64,000 nucleotides of DNA from Azolla caroliniana (Eukaryota; Plantae; Polypodiophyta). Shown piece by piece: positions 49,690 to 62,800 of this stretch (positions are counted from its first letter, which is position 1; each line of letters opens with the position of its first letter). The notes beneath the pieces are model-generated. The model did not search any database and was not told the DNA's origin. It was given only the letters and a program-made list of their open reading frames with translations. The stretch spans positions 20,956,001 through 21,020,000 of the forward strand of contig JBHGNT010000014.1 of assembly GCA_043228905.1 (NCBI GenBank). Reading direction: 5' to 3'. A program made the translations under genes and the position numbers.

Positions 49690-52600
49690 AAATCAAGATT
49701 TCAGAACTCAGGTCGAGAGACGTGACGATATAAGCAAATTTGAGGAGGGAGTTGAGAAGAGCGAGTTAGTAAATTAAAATGTTCATACCTAGCTCGTGTG
49801 ATATCAGATTTCTGATTTCAAACATACAAATCGAAGCTAACAAAGCTAGCTATCATATAGAATTAAAAAATCAAGATTTTGAAACTCAGGTCGAAGGACA
49901 TGACGAAATTAGCAAATTTGAGGAGGTTGGGGAGAAGACCCGGTGAGTAAATTAAAATGTTCATACCTGGTTCGTGTGATCTCGGAATTTTGAGTTCAAA
50001 CAGGGGAATCGAAGCTAACAACGCTACCTCTGATATAGAATTAGAAAATCAAGATTTTGAAACTCAGGTCGAGAGACATGACGAAATTAGCAAATTTGAG
50101 GAGGTAGGGGAGAAGACCCCGTGAGTAAATTAAAATGTTCATACCTGGCTCGTGTGATCTCGGATTTTTGTGTTCAAACATGTGAATCGAAGCTAATAAC
50201 GCTAGCTATGATATAGATTTAGAAAATCAAGATTTTGAAACTCAGGTCGAGAGAGATGACGAAATTAGAAAATTTGAGGAGGTAGGGGAGAAGACCCAGT
50301 GAGTAAATTAAAATGTTCATACCTGGATCATGTGAATCGAAGCTGACAACGCTAGCTATGATATAGAATTAAAATATCAAGATTTCAAAACTCAGGTCGA
50401 GAAACATGCCGAAATTAGCAAATTTGAGGAGGGCGTTGAGAAGAGCGAGTGAGTAAATTAAAATATTCATACCTGGCTCGTGTGATATCGGATTTCTGTG
50501 TTCAAACATGCGAATCGAGGATAACAACGCTAGCTATGATATGGAATTAAAAAATCAAGATTTTGAAACTCAGGTCGAGAGACATGACGAAATTACCAAA
50601 TTTGAGGAGTGAGTTGGGAAGAGCTAGTTGGTAAATTAAAATGTTCATACCTGGCTCGTGTGATATCGGATTTTTGTGTTGAAGCCTGCAAATCGAAGCT
50701 AACAACGCTAGCTATGATATGGAATTAAAAAATCAAGATTTTGAAACTCAGGTCGAGAGACATGACGAAATTACCAAACATGAGGAGGGAGTTCAGAGGA
50801 GCCCTTGAGTAAATTAAAATATTCATACCTGGGGAGTGTGATATCGGATTTTTGTGTTGAAGCACGCGAATCGAAGCTAACAACGCTAGCTATGATATGG
50901 AATTAAAAAATCAAGATTTTGAAACTCAGGTCGAGAGACATGACGAAATTACCAAATTTGAGGAGTGAGTTGGGAAGAGCTTGTAGGTAAATTAAAATGT
51001 TCATACCTGGCACGTGTGATATCGGATTTTTGTGTTCAAACATGCGAATCGAAGCTAACAACGCTTGGTATGATATGGAATTAAAAAATCAAGATTTTGA
51101 AACTCAGGTCGAGAGACATGACGAAATTACCAAATTTTAGGAATGAGTTGGGAAGAGCTAGTAGGTAAATTAAAATATTCATACCTGGCTCGTGTGATAT
51201 CGGATTTTTGTATTCAAACATGCGAATCGAAGCTAACAATGCTAGCTATGATATGGAATTAAAAAATCAAGATTTTGAAACTCAGGTCGAGAGACATGAC
51301 GAAATTACCAAATTTGAGGAGTGAGTTGGGAAGAGCTAGTTGGTAAATTAAAATGTTCATACCTGGCTCGTGTGATATCGGATTTTTGTGTTCAAACATG
51401 CGAATCGAAGCTAACAACGCTAGCTATGATATAGAATTAAAAAATCAAGATTTCGAAACTCAGGACGAGAGACATGACGAAATTACCAAATTTGAGGAGT
51501 GAGTTGGGAAGAGCTTGTAGGTAAATTAAAATGTTCATACCTGGCACGTGTGATATCGGATTTTTGTGTTCAAACATGCGAATCGAAGCTAACAACGCTT
51601 GGTATGATATGGAATTAAAAAATCAAGATTTTGAAACTCAGGTCGAGAGACATGACGAAATTACCAAATTTTAGGAATGAGTTGGGAAGAGCTAGTAGGT
51701 AAATTAAAATATTCATACCTGGCTCGTGTGATATCTGATTTTTGTATTCAAACATGCGAATCGAAGCTAACAATGCTAGCTATGATATGGAATTAAAAAA
51801 TCAAGGTTTTGAAACTCAGGTCGAGAGACATGACGAAATTACCAAATTTGAGGAGTGAGTTGGGAAGAGCTAGTTGGTAAATTAAAATGTTCATACCTGG
51901 CTCGTGTGATATCGGATTTTTGTGTTCAAACATGCGAATCGAAGCTAACAACGCTAGCTATGATATAGAATTAAAAAATCAAGATTTCAGAACTCAGGTC
52001 GAGAGACGTGACGATATAAGCAAATTTGAGGAGGGAGTTGAGAAGAGCGAGTTAGTAAATTAAAATGTTCATACCTAGCTCGTGTGATATCAGATTTTTG
52101 ATTTCAAACATACAAATCGAAGCTAACAAAGCTAGCTATCATATAGAATTAAAAAATCAAGATTTTGAAACTCAGGTCGAAGGACATGACGAAATTAGCA
52201 AATTTGAGGAGGTTGGGGAGAAGACCCGGTGAGTAAATTAAAATGTTCATACCTGGTTCGTGTGATCTCGGAATTTTGAGTTCAAACAGGGGAATCGAAG
52301 CTAACAACGCTACCTCTGATATAGAATTAGAAAATCAAGATTTTGAAACTCAGGTCGAGAGACATGACGAAATTAGCAAATTTGAGGAGGTAGGGGAGAA
52401 GACCCCGTGAGTAAATTAAAATGTTCATACCTGGCTCGTGTGATCTCGGATTTTTGTGTTCAAACATGTGAATCGAAGCTAATAACGCTAGCTATGATAT
52501 AGATTTAGAAAATCAAGATTTTGAAACTCAGGTCGAGAGAGATGACGAAATTAGAAAATTTGAGGAGGTAGGGGAGAAGACCCGGTGAGTAAATTAAAAT

Positions 52601-53880
52601 GTTCATACCTGGATCATGTGAATCGAAGCTGACAACGCTAGCTATGATATAGAATTAAAATATCAAGATTTCAAAACTCAGGTCGAGAAACATGCCGAAA
52701 TTAGCAAATTTGAGGAGGGCGTTGAGAAGAGCGAGTGAGTAAATTAAAATATTCATACCTGGCTCGTGTGATATCGGATTTCTGTGTTCAAACATGCGAA
52801 TCGAGGATAACAACGCTAGCTATGATATGGAATTAAAAAATCAAGATTTTGAAACTCAGGTCGAGAGACATGACGAAATTACCAAATTTGAGGAGTGAGT
52901 TGGGAAGAGCTAGTTGGTAAATTAAAATGTTCATACCTGGCTCGTGTGATATCAGATTTTTGTGTTGAAGCCTGCAAATCGAAGCTAACAACGCTAGCTA
53001 TGATATGGAATTAAAAAATCAAGATTTTGAAACTCAGGTCGAGAGACATGACGAAATTACCAAACATGAGGAGGGAGTTCAGAGGAGCCCTTGAGTAAAT
53101 TAAAATGTTCATACCTGGGGAGTGTGATATCGGATTTTTGTGTTGAAGCACGCGAATTGAAGCTAACAACGCTAGCTATGATATGGAATTAAAAAATCAA
53201 GATTTTGAAACTCAGGTCGAGAGACATGACGAAATTACCAAATTTGAGGAGTGAGTTGGGAAGAGCTTGTAGGTAAATTAAAATGTTCATACCTGGCACG
53301 TGTGATATCGGATTTTTGTGTTCAAACATGCGAATCGAAGCTAACAACGCTTGGTATGATATGGAATTAAAAAATCAAGATTTTGAAACTCAGGTCGAGA
53401 GACATGACGAAATTACCAAATTTTAGGAATGAGTTGGGAAGAGCTAGTAGGTAAATTAAAATATTCATACCTGGCTCGTGTGATATCGGATTTTTGTATT
53501 CAAACATGCGAATCGAAGCTAACAATGCTAGCTATGATATGGAATTAAAAAATCAAGATTTTGAAACTCAGGTCGAGAGACATGACGAAATTACCAAATT
53601 TGAGGAGTGAGTTGGGAAGAGCTAGTTGGTAAATTAAAATGTTCATACCTGGCTCGTGTGATATCGGATTTTTGTGTTCAAACATGCGAATCGAAGCTAA
53701 CAACGCTAGCTATGATATAGAATTAAAAAATCAAGATTTCGAAACTCAGGACGAGAGACATGACGAAATTACCAAATTTGAGGAGTGAGTTGGGAAGAGC
53801 TTGTAGGTAAATTAAAATGTTCATACCTGGCACGTGTGATATCGGATTTTTGTGTTCAAACATGCGAATCGAAGCTAACA
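49690..53880. repeat. 13-monomer tandem duplication (2286 bp) spanning the A/B sub-family boundary
   Basis: AAGATTTCAGAACTC at 49695/51981 and 28-bp deletion marker ACCTGGATCATGTGAATC at 50321/52607; 2286 = 13x178-28. Confidence 0.88.
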
Positions 53881-56800
53881 ACGCTAGCTATGATATAGAA
53901 TTAAAAAATCAAGATTTTGAAACTCAGGTCGAGAGACATGACGAAATTACCAAATTTGAGGAATGAGTTGGGAAGAGCTAGTACGTAAATTAAAATGTTC
54001 ATATCTGGCTCGTGTGATATCGGATTTTTGTGTTCAAACATGCGAATCGAAGCTAACAATGCTAGCTATGATATGGAATTAAAAAATCAAGATTTTGAAA
54101 CTCAGGTCGAGAGACATGACAAAATTACCAAATTTGAGGAGTGAGTTGGGAAGAGCTAGTTGGTAAATTAAAATGTTCATACCTGGCACGTGTGATATCG
54201 GATTTTTGTGTTCAAACATGCGAATCGAAGCTAACAATGCTAGCTATGATATGGAATTAAAAAATCAAGATTTTGAAACTCAGGTCGAGAGACATGACGA
54301 AATTACCAAATTTGAGGAGTGAGTTGGGAAGAGCTAGTTGGTAAATTAAAATGTTCATACCTGGCTCGTGTGATATCGGATTTTTGTATTCAAACATGCG
54401 AATCGAAGCTAACAATGCTAGCTATGATATAGAATTAAAAAATCAAGATTTTGAAACTCAGGTCGAGAGACATGACGAAATTACCAATTTTGAGGAGTGA
54501 GTTGGGAAGAGCTTGTAGGTAAATTAAAATGTTCATACCTGGCTCGTGTGATATCGGATTTTTGTATTCAAACATGCGAATCGAAGCTAACAATGCTAGC
54601 TATGATATGGAATTAAAAAATCAAGATTTTGAAACTCAGGTCGAGAGACATGACGAAATTACCAAATTTGAGGAGTGAGTTGGGAAGAGCTAGTTGGTAA
54701 ATTAAAATGTTCATACCTGGCTCGTGTGATATCGGATTTTTGTGTTCAAACATGCGAATCGAAGCTAGCAATGCTAGCTATGATATGGAATTAAAAAATC
54801 AAGATTTTGAAACTCAGGTCGAGAGACATGACGAAATTACCAAATTTGAGCAGTGAGTTGGGAAGAGCTAGTAGGTAAATTAAAATGTTCATACCTGGCT
54901 CGTGTGATATCGGATTTTTGTGTTCAAACATTGGAATCGAAGCTAACAATGGTAGCTATGATATGGAATTAAAAAATCAAGATTTTGAAACTCAGGTCGA
55001 GAGACATGACGAAATTACCAAACATGAGGAGGGAGTTCAGAGGAGCCCTTGAGTAAATTAAAATGTTCATACCTGGGGAGTGTGATATCGGATTTTTGTG
55101 TTGAAGCACGCGAATCGAAGCTAACAACGCTAGCTATGAAATGGAATTAAAAAATCAAGATTTTGAAACTCAGGTCGAGAGACATGACGAAATTACCAAA
55201 TTTGAGGAGTGAGTTGGGAAGAGCTTGTAGGTAAATTAAAATGTTCATACCTGGCTCGTGTGATATCGGATTTTTGTATTCAAACATGCGAATCGAAGCT
55301 AACAATGCTAGCTATGATATGGAATTAAAAAATCAAGATTTTGAAACTCAGGTCGAGAGACATGACGAAATTACCAAATTTGAGGAGTGAGTTGGGAAGA
55401 GCTAGTTGGTAAATTAAAATGTTCATACCTGGCTCGTGTAATATCGGATTTTTGTGTTCAAACATGCGAATCGAAGCTAGCAATGCTAGCTATGATATGG
55501 AATTAAAAAATCAAGATTTTAAAACTCAGGTCGAGAGACATGACGAAATTACCAAATTTGAGCAGTGAGTTGGGAAGAGCTAGTAGGTAAATTAAAATGT
55601 TCATACCTGGCTCGTGTGATATCGGATTTTTGTGTTGAAGCATGCGAATCGAAGCTAACAATGCTTGCTATGATATGGAATTAAAAAATCAAGATTTTGA
55701 AACTCAGGTCGAGAGACATGACGAAATTACCAAACATGAGGAGGGAGTTCACAGGAGCCCTTGAGTAAATTAAAATGTTCATACCTGGGGAGTGTGATAT
55801 CGGATTTTTGTGTTGAAGCACGCGAATCGAAGCTAACAACGCTAGCTATGAAATGGAATTAAAAAATCAAGATTTTGAAACTCAGGTCGAGAGACATGAC
55901 GAAATTACCAAATTTGAGGAGTGAGTTGGGAAGAGCTAGTTGGTAAATTAAAATGTTCATACCTGGCTCGTGTGATATCGTATTTTTGTGTTCAAACATG
56001 CGAATCGAAGCTAACAACGCTAGCTATGATATAGAATTAAAAAATCAAGATTTCGAAACTCAGGACGAGAGACATGACGAAATTACCAAATTTGAGGAGT
56101 GAGTTGGGAAGAGCTAGTTGGTAAATTAAAATGTTCATACCTGGCTCGTGTGATATAGGATTTTTGTGTTCAAACATGCGAATCGAAGCTAACAACGCTA
56201 GCTATGATATAGAATTAAAAAATCAAGATTTTGAAACTCAGGTCGAGAGACATGACGAAATTACCAAATTTGAGGAATGAGTTGGGAAGAGCTAGTACGT
56301 AAATTAAAATGTTCATATCTGGCTCGTGTGATATCGGATTTTTGTGTTCAAACATGCGAATCGAAGCTAACAATGCTAGCTATGATATGGAATTAAAAAA
56401 TCAAGATTTTGAAACTCAGGTCGAGAGACATGACGAAATTACCAAATTTGAGGAGTGAGTTCAGAGGAGCCCTTGAGTAAATTAATATGTTCATACCTGG
56501 CTCGTGTGATATCGGATTTTTGTGTTCAAACATGCGAATCGAAGCTAACAACGCTAGCTATGATATGGAATTAAAAAATCAAGATTTTGAAACTCAGGTC
56601 GAGAGACATGACGAAATTACCAAATTTGAGGAGTGAGTTGGGAAGAGCTTGTAGGTAAATTAAAATGTTCATACCTGGCTCGTGTGATATCGGATTTTTG
56701 TGTTCAAACATGCGAATCGAAGCTAACAATGCTAGCTATGATATGGAATTAAAAAATCAAGATTTTGAAACTCAGGTCGAAAGACATGACGAAATTACCA

Positions 56801-59800
56801 AACATGAGGAGGGAGTTAAGAGGAGCCCCTGAGTAAATTAAAATGTTCATACCTGGCTCGTGTGATATCGGATTTTTGTGTTCAAACATGCGAATCGAAG
56901 CTAACAACGCTAGCTATGATATGGAATTAAAAAATCAAGATTTTGAAACTCAGGTCGAGAGACATGACGAAATTACCAAATTTGAGGAGTGAGTTGGGAA
57001 GAGCTAGTAGGTAAATTAAAATGTTCATACCTGGCTCGTGTGATATCGGATTTTTGTGTTCAAACATGCGAATCGAAGTTAACAACGCTAGCTATGATAT
57101 GGAATTAAAAAATCAAGATTTTGAAACTCAGGTCGAGAGACATGACGAAATTACCAAATTTGAGGAGTGAGTTGGGAGGAGCTAGTTGGTAAATTAAAAT
57201 GTTCATACCTGGCTCGTGTGATATCGGATTTTTGTGTTCAAACATGCGAATCGAAGCTAACAATGCTTCCTATGATATGGAACAAAAAAATCAAGATTTT
57301 GAAACTCAGGTCGAGAGACATGACGAAATTACCAAATTTGAGGAGGGAGTTCAGAGGAGCCCTTGAGTAAATTAAAATGTTCATACCTGGCTCGTGTGAT
57401 ATCGGATTTTTGTGTTCAAACATGCGAATCGAAGCTAACAATGCTAGCTATGATATGGAATTAAAAAATCAAGATTTTGAAACTCAGGTCGAGAGACATG
57501 ACGAAATTACCAAATTTGAGGAATGAGTTGGGAAGAGCTAGTAGGTAAATTAAAATGTTCATACCTGGCTCGTGTGATATCGGATTTTTGTGTTCAAGCA
57601 TGCGAATCGAAGCTAACAACGCTAGCTATGATATGGAATTAAAAAATCAAGATTTTGAAACTCAGGTCGAGAGATATGACGAAATTACCAAATTTGAGGA
57701 GTGAGTTGGGAAGAGCTTGTAGGTAAATTAAAATGTTCATACCTGGCTCGTGTGATATCGGATTTTTGTGTTCAAACATGCGAATCGAAGCTAACAACGC
57801 TAGCTATGATATGGAATTAAAAAATCAAGATTTTGAAACTCAGGTCGAGAGACATGACGAAATTACCAAATTTGAGGAGTGAGTTGGGAAGAGCTAGTAG
57901 GTAAATTAAAATGTTCATACCTGGCTCGTGTGATATCGGATTTTTGTGTTCAAGCATGCGAATCGAAGCTAACAACGCTAGGTATGATATGGAATTAAAA
58001 AATCAAGATTTTGAAACTCAGGTCGAGAGACATGATGGAATTAAAAAATTTGAGGAGTGAGTTGGGAAGAGCTAGTTGGTAAATTAAAATGTTCATACCT
58101 GGCTCGTGTGATATCGGATTTTTGTGTTGAAGCCTGCAAATCGAAGCTAACAACGCTAGCTATGATATGGAATTAAAAAATCAAGATTTTGAAACTCAAG
58201 TCGAGAGACATGACGAAATTACCAAATTTGAGGAGTGAGTTGGGAAGAGCTCGTTGATAAATTAAAATGTTCATACCTGGCTCGTGTGATATCGGATTTT
58301 TGTGTTCAAACATGCGAATCGAAGCTAACAACGCTAGCTATGATATGGAATTAAAAAATCAAGATTTTGAAACTCAGGTCGAGAGACATGACGAAATTAC
58401 CAAACATGAGGAGGGAGTTCAGAGGAGCCCTTGAGTAAATTAAAATGTTCATACCTGGCTCGTGTGATATCGGATTTTTGTGTTCAAACATGCGAATCGA
58501 AGCTAACAACGCTAGCTATGATATGGAATTAAAAAATCAAGATTTTGAAACTCAGGTCGAGAGACATGACGAAATTACCAAATTTGAGGAGTGAGTTGTG
58601 AAGAGCTCGTTGATAAATTAAAATGTTCATACCTGGCTCGTGTGATATCGGATTTTTGTGTTCAAACATGCGAATCGAAGCTAACAACGCTAGCTATGAT
58701 ATGGAATTAAAAAATCAAGATTTTGAAACTCAGGTCGAGAGACATGACGAAATTACCAAACATGAGGAGGGAGTTCAGAGGAGCCCTTGAGTAAATTAAA
58801 ATGTTCATACCTGGCTCGTGTGATATCGGATTTTTGTGTTCAAACATGCGAATCGAAGCTAACAACGCTAGCTATGATATGGAATTAAAAAATCAAGATT
58901 TTGAAACTCAGGTCGAGAGACATGACGAAATTACCAAATTTGAGGAGTGAGTTGGGAAGAGCTTGTAGGTAAATTAAAATGTTCATACCTGGCTCGTGTG
59001 ATATCGGATTTTTGTGTTCAAACATGCGAATCGAAGCTAACAATGCTAGCTATGATATGGAATTAAAAAATCAAGATTTTGAAACTCAGGTCGAAAGACA
59101 TGACGAAATTACCAAACATGAGGAGTGAGTTGGGAAGAGCTAGTAGGTAAATTAAAATGTTCATACCTGGCTCGTGTGATATCGGATTTTTGTGTTCAAA
59201 CATGCGAATCGAAGCTAACAACGCTAGCTATGATATGGAATTAAAAAATCAAGATTTTGAAACTCAGGTCGAGAGACATGACGAAATTACCAAATTTGAG
59301 GAGTGAGTTGGGAAGAGCTAGTAGGTAAATTAAAATGTTCATACCTGGCTCGTGTGATATCGGATTTTTGTGTTCAAACATGCGAATCGAAGTTAACAAC
59401 GCTAGCTATGATATGGAATTAAAAAATCAAGATTTTGAAACTCAGGTCGAGAGACATGACGAAATTACCAAATTTGAGGAGTGAGTTGGGAGGAGCTAGT
59501 TGGTAAATTAAAATGTTCATACCTGGCTCGTGTGATATCGGATTTTTGTGTTCAAACATGCGAATCGAAGCTAACAATGCTTCCTATGATATGGCTCGTG
59601 TGATATCGGATTTCTGTGTTGAAGCACGCGAATCGAAGCTAACAACGCTAGCTATGATATGGAATTAAAAAATCAAGATTTTGAAACTCAGGTCGAGAGA
59701 TATGACGAAATTACCAAATTTGAGGAGGGAGTTCAGAGGAGCCCTTGAGTAAATTAAAATGTTCATACCTGGCTCGTGTGATATCGGATTTTTGTGTTCA

Positions 59801-62800
59801 AACATGCGAATCGAAGCTAACAACGCTAGCTATGATATGGAATTAAAAAATCAAGATTTTGAAACTCAGGTCGAGAGATATGACGAAATTACCAAATTTG
59901 AGGAGTGAGTTGGGAAGAGCTTGTAGGTAAATTAAAATGTTCATACCTGGCTCGTGTGATATCGGATTTTTGTGTTCAAACATGCGAATCGAAGCTAACA
60001 ACGCTAGCTACGATATGGAATTAAAAAATCAAGATTTTGAAACTCAGGTCAAGAGACATGACGAAATTACCAAACATGAGGAGGGAGTTCAGAGGAGCCC
60101 TTGAGTAAATTAAAATGTTCATACCTGGCTCGTGTGATATCGGATTTCTGTGTTGAAGCACGCGAATCGAAGCTAACAATGCTAGCTATGATATGGAATT
60201 AAAAAATCAAGATTTTGAAACTCAGGTCGAGAGATATGACGAAATTACCAAATTTGAGGAGTGAGTTGGGAAGAGCTTGTAGGTAAATTAAAATGTTCAT
60301 ACCTGGTTCGTGTGATATCGGATTTTTGTGTTGAAGCCTGCAAATCGAAGCTAACAATGCTAGCTATGATATGGAATTAAAAAATCAAGATTTTGAAACT
60401 CAGGTCGAGACACATGACGAAATTACCAAATTTGAGGAGTGAGTTGGGAAGAGCTAGTTGGTAAATTAAAATGTTCATACCTGGCTCGTGTGATATCGGA
60501 TTTTTGTGTTCAAACATGCGAATCGAAGCTAACAATGCTAGCTATGATATGGAATTAAAAAATCAAGATTTTGAAACTCAGGTCCAGAGACATGACGAAA
60601 TTACCAAATTTGAGGAGTGAGTTGGGAAGAGCTTGTAGGTAAATTAAAATGTTCATACCTGGCTCGTGTGATATCGGATTTTTGTATTCAAACATGCGAA
60701 TCGAAGCTAACAAGGCTAGCTATGATATGGAATTAAAAAATCAAGATTTTGAAACTCAGGTCGAGAGACATGACGAAATTACCAAATTTGAGGAGTGAGT
60801 TGGGAAGAGCTAGTTGGTAAATTAAAATGTTCATACCTGGCTCGTGTGATATCGGATTTTTGTGTTCAAACATGCGAATCGAAGCTAGCAATGCTAGCTA
60901 TGATATGGAATTAAAAAATCAAGATTTTGAAACTCAGGTCGAGAGACATGACGAAATTACCAATTTTGAGGAGTGAGTTGGGAAGAGCTAGTAGGTAAAT
61001 TAAAATGTTCATACCTGGCTCGTGTGATATCGGATTTTTGTGTTCAAACATGCGATTCGAAGCTAACAACACTAGCTATGATATGGAATTAAAAAATCAA
61101 GATTTTGAAACTCAGGTCGAGAGACATGACGAAATTACCAAATTTGAGGAATGAGTTGGGAAGAGCTAGTAGGTAAATTAAAATGTTCATACCTGGCTCG
61201 TGTGATATCGGATTTTTGTGTACAAACATGCGAATCGAAGCTAACAACGCTAGCTATGATATGGAATTAAAAAATCAAGATTTTGAAACTCAGGTCGAGA
61301 GACATGACGAAACTACCAAACATGAGGAGGGAGTTCAGAGGAGCCCTTGAGTAAATTAAAATGTTCATACCTGGCTCGTGTGATATCGGATTTTTGTGTT
61401 CAAACATGCGTATCGAAGCTAACAACGCTAGCTATGATATGGAATTAAAAAATCAAGATTTTGAAACTCAGGTCGAGAGACATGACGAAATTACCAAATT
61501 TGAGGAGTGAGTTGGGAAGAGCTCGTTGATAAATTAAAATGTTCATACCTGGCTCGTGTGATATCGGATTTTTGTGTTCAAACATGCGAATCGAAGCTAA
61601 CAATGCTAGCTATGATATGGAATTAAAAAATCAAGATTTTGAAACTCAGGTCAAGAGACATGACGAAATTACCAAACATGAGGAGGGAGTTCAGAGGAGC
61701 CCTTGAGTAAATTAAAATGTTCATACCTGGCTCGTGTGATATCGGATTTCTGTGTTGAAGCACGCGAATCGAAGCTAACAACGCTAGCTATGATATGGAA
61801 TTAAAAAATCAAGATTTTGAAACTCAGGTTGAGAGACATGATGGAATTAAAAAATTTGAGGAGTGAGTTGGGAAGAGCTAGTTGGTAAATTAAAATGTTC
61901 ATACCTGGCTCGTGTGATATCGGATTTTTGTGTTCAAACATGCGAATCGAAGCTAACAACGCTAGCTATGATATGGAATTAAAAAATCAAGATTTTGAAT
62001 CTTAGGTCGAGAGACATGACAAAATTACCAAATTTGAGGAATGAGTTGGGAAGAGCTAGTAGGTAAATTAAAATGTTCATATCTGGCTCGTATGATATCG
62101 GATTTTTGTGTTCAAACATGCGAATCGAAGCTAACAATGCTAGCTATGATATGGAATTAAAAAATCAAGATTTTGAAACTCAGGTCGAGAGACATGACGA
62201 AATTACCAAATTTGAGGAGTGAGTTGGGAAGAGCTCGTAGGTAAATTAAAATGTTCATACCTGGCTCGTGTGATATCGGATTTTTGTGTTCAAACATGCG
62301 AATCGAAGCTAACAATGCTAGCTATGATATGGAATTAAAAAATCAAGATTTTGAAACTCAGGTCGAAAGACATGACGAAATTACCAAACATGAGGAGGGA
62401 GTTAAGAGGAGCCCCTAAGTAAATTAAAATGTTCATACCTGGCTCGTGTGATATCGGATTTTTGTGTTCAAGCATGCGAATCGAAGCTAACAACGCTAGC
62501 TATGATATGGAATTAAAAAATCAAGATTTTGAAACTCAGGTCGAGAGATATGACGAAATTACCAAATTTGAGGAGTGAGTTGGGAAGAGCTTGTAGGTAA
62601 ATTAAAATGTTCATACCTGGCTCGTGTGATATCGGCTTTTTGTGTTGAAGCCTGCAAATCGAAGCTAACAACGCTAGCTATGATATGGAATTAAAAAATC
62701 AAGATTTTGAAACTCAGGTCGAGAGACATGACGAAATTACCAAATTTGAGGAATGAGTTGGGAAGAGCTAGTAGGTAAATTAAAATGTTCATACCTGGCT

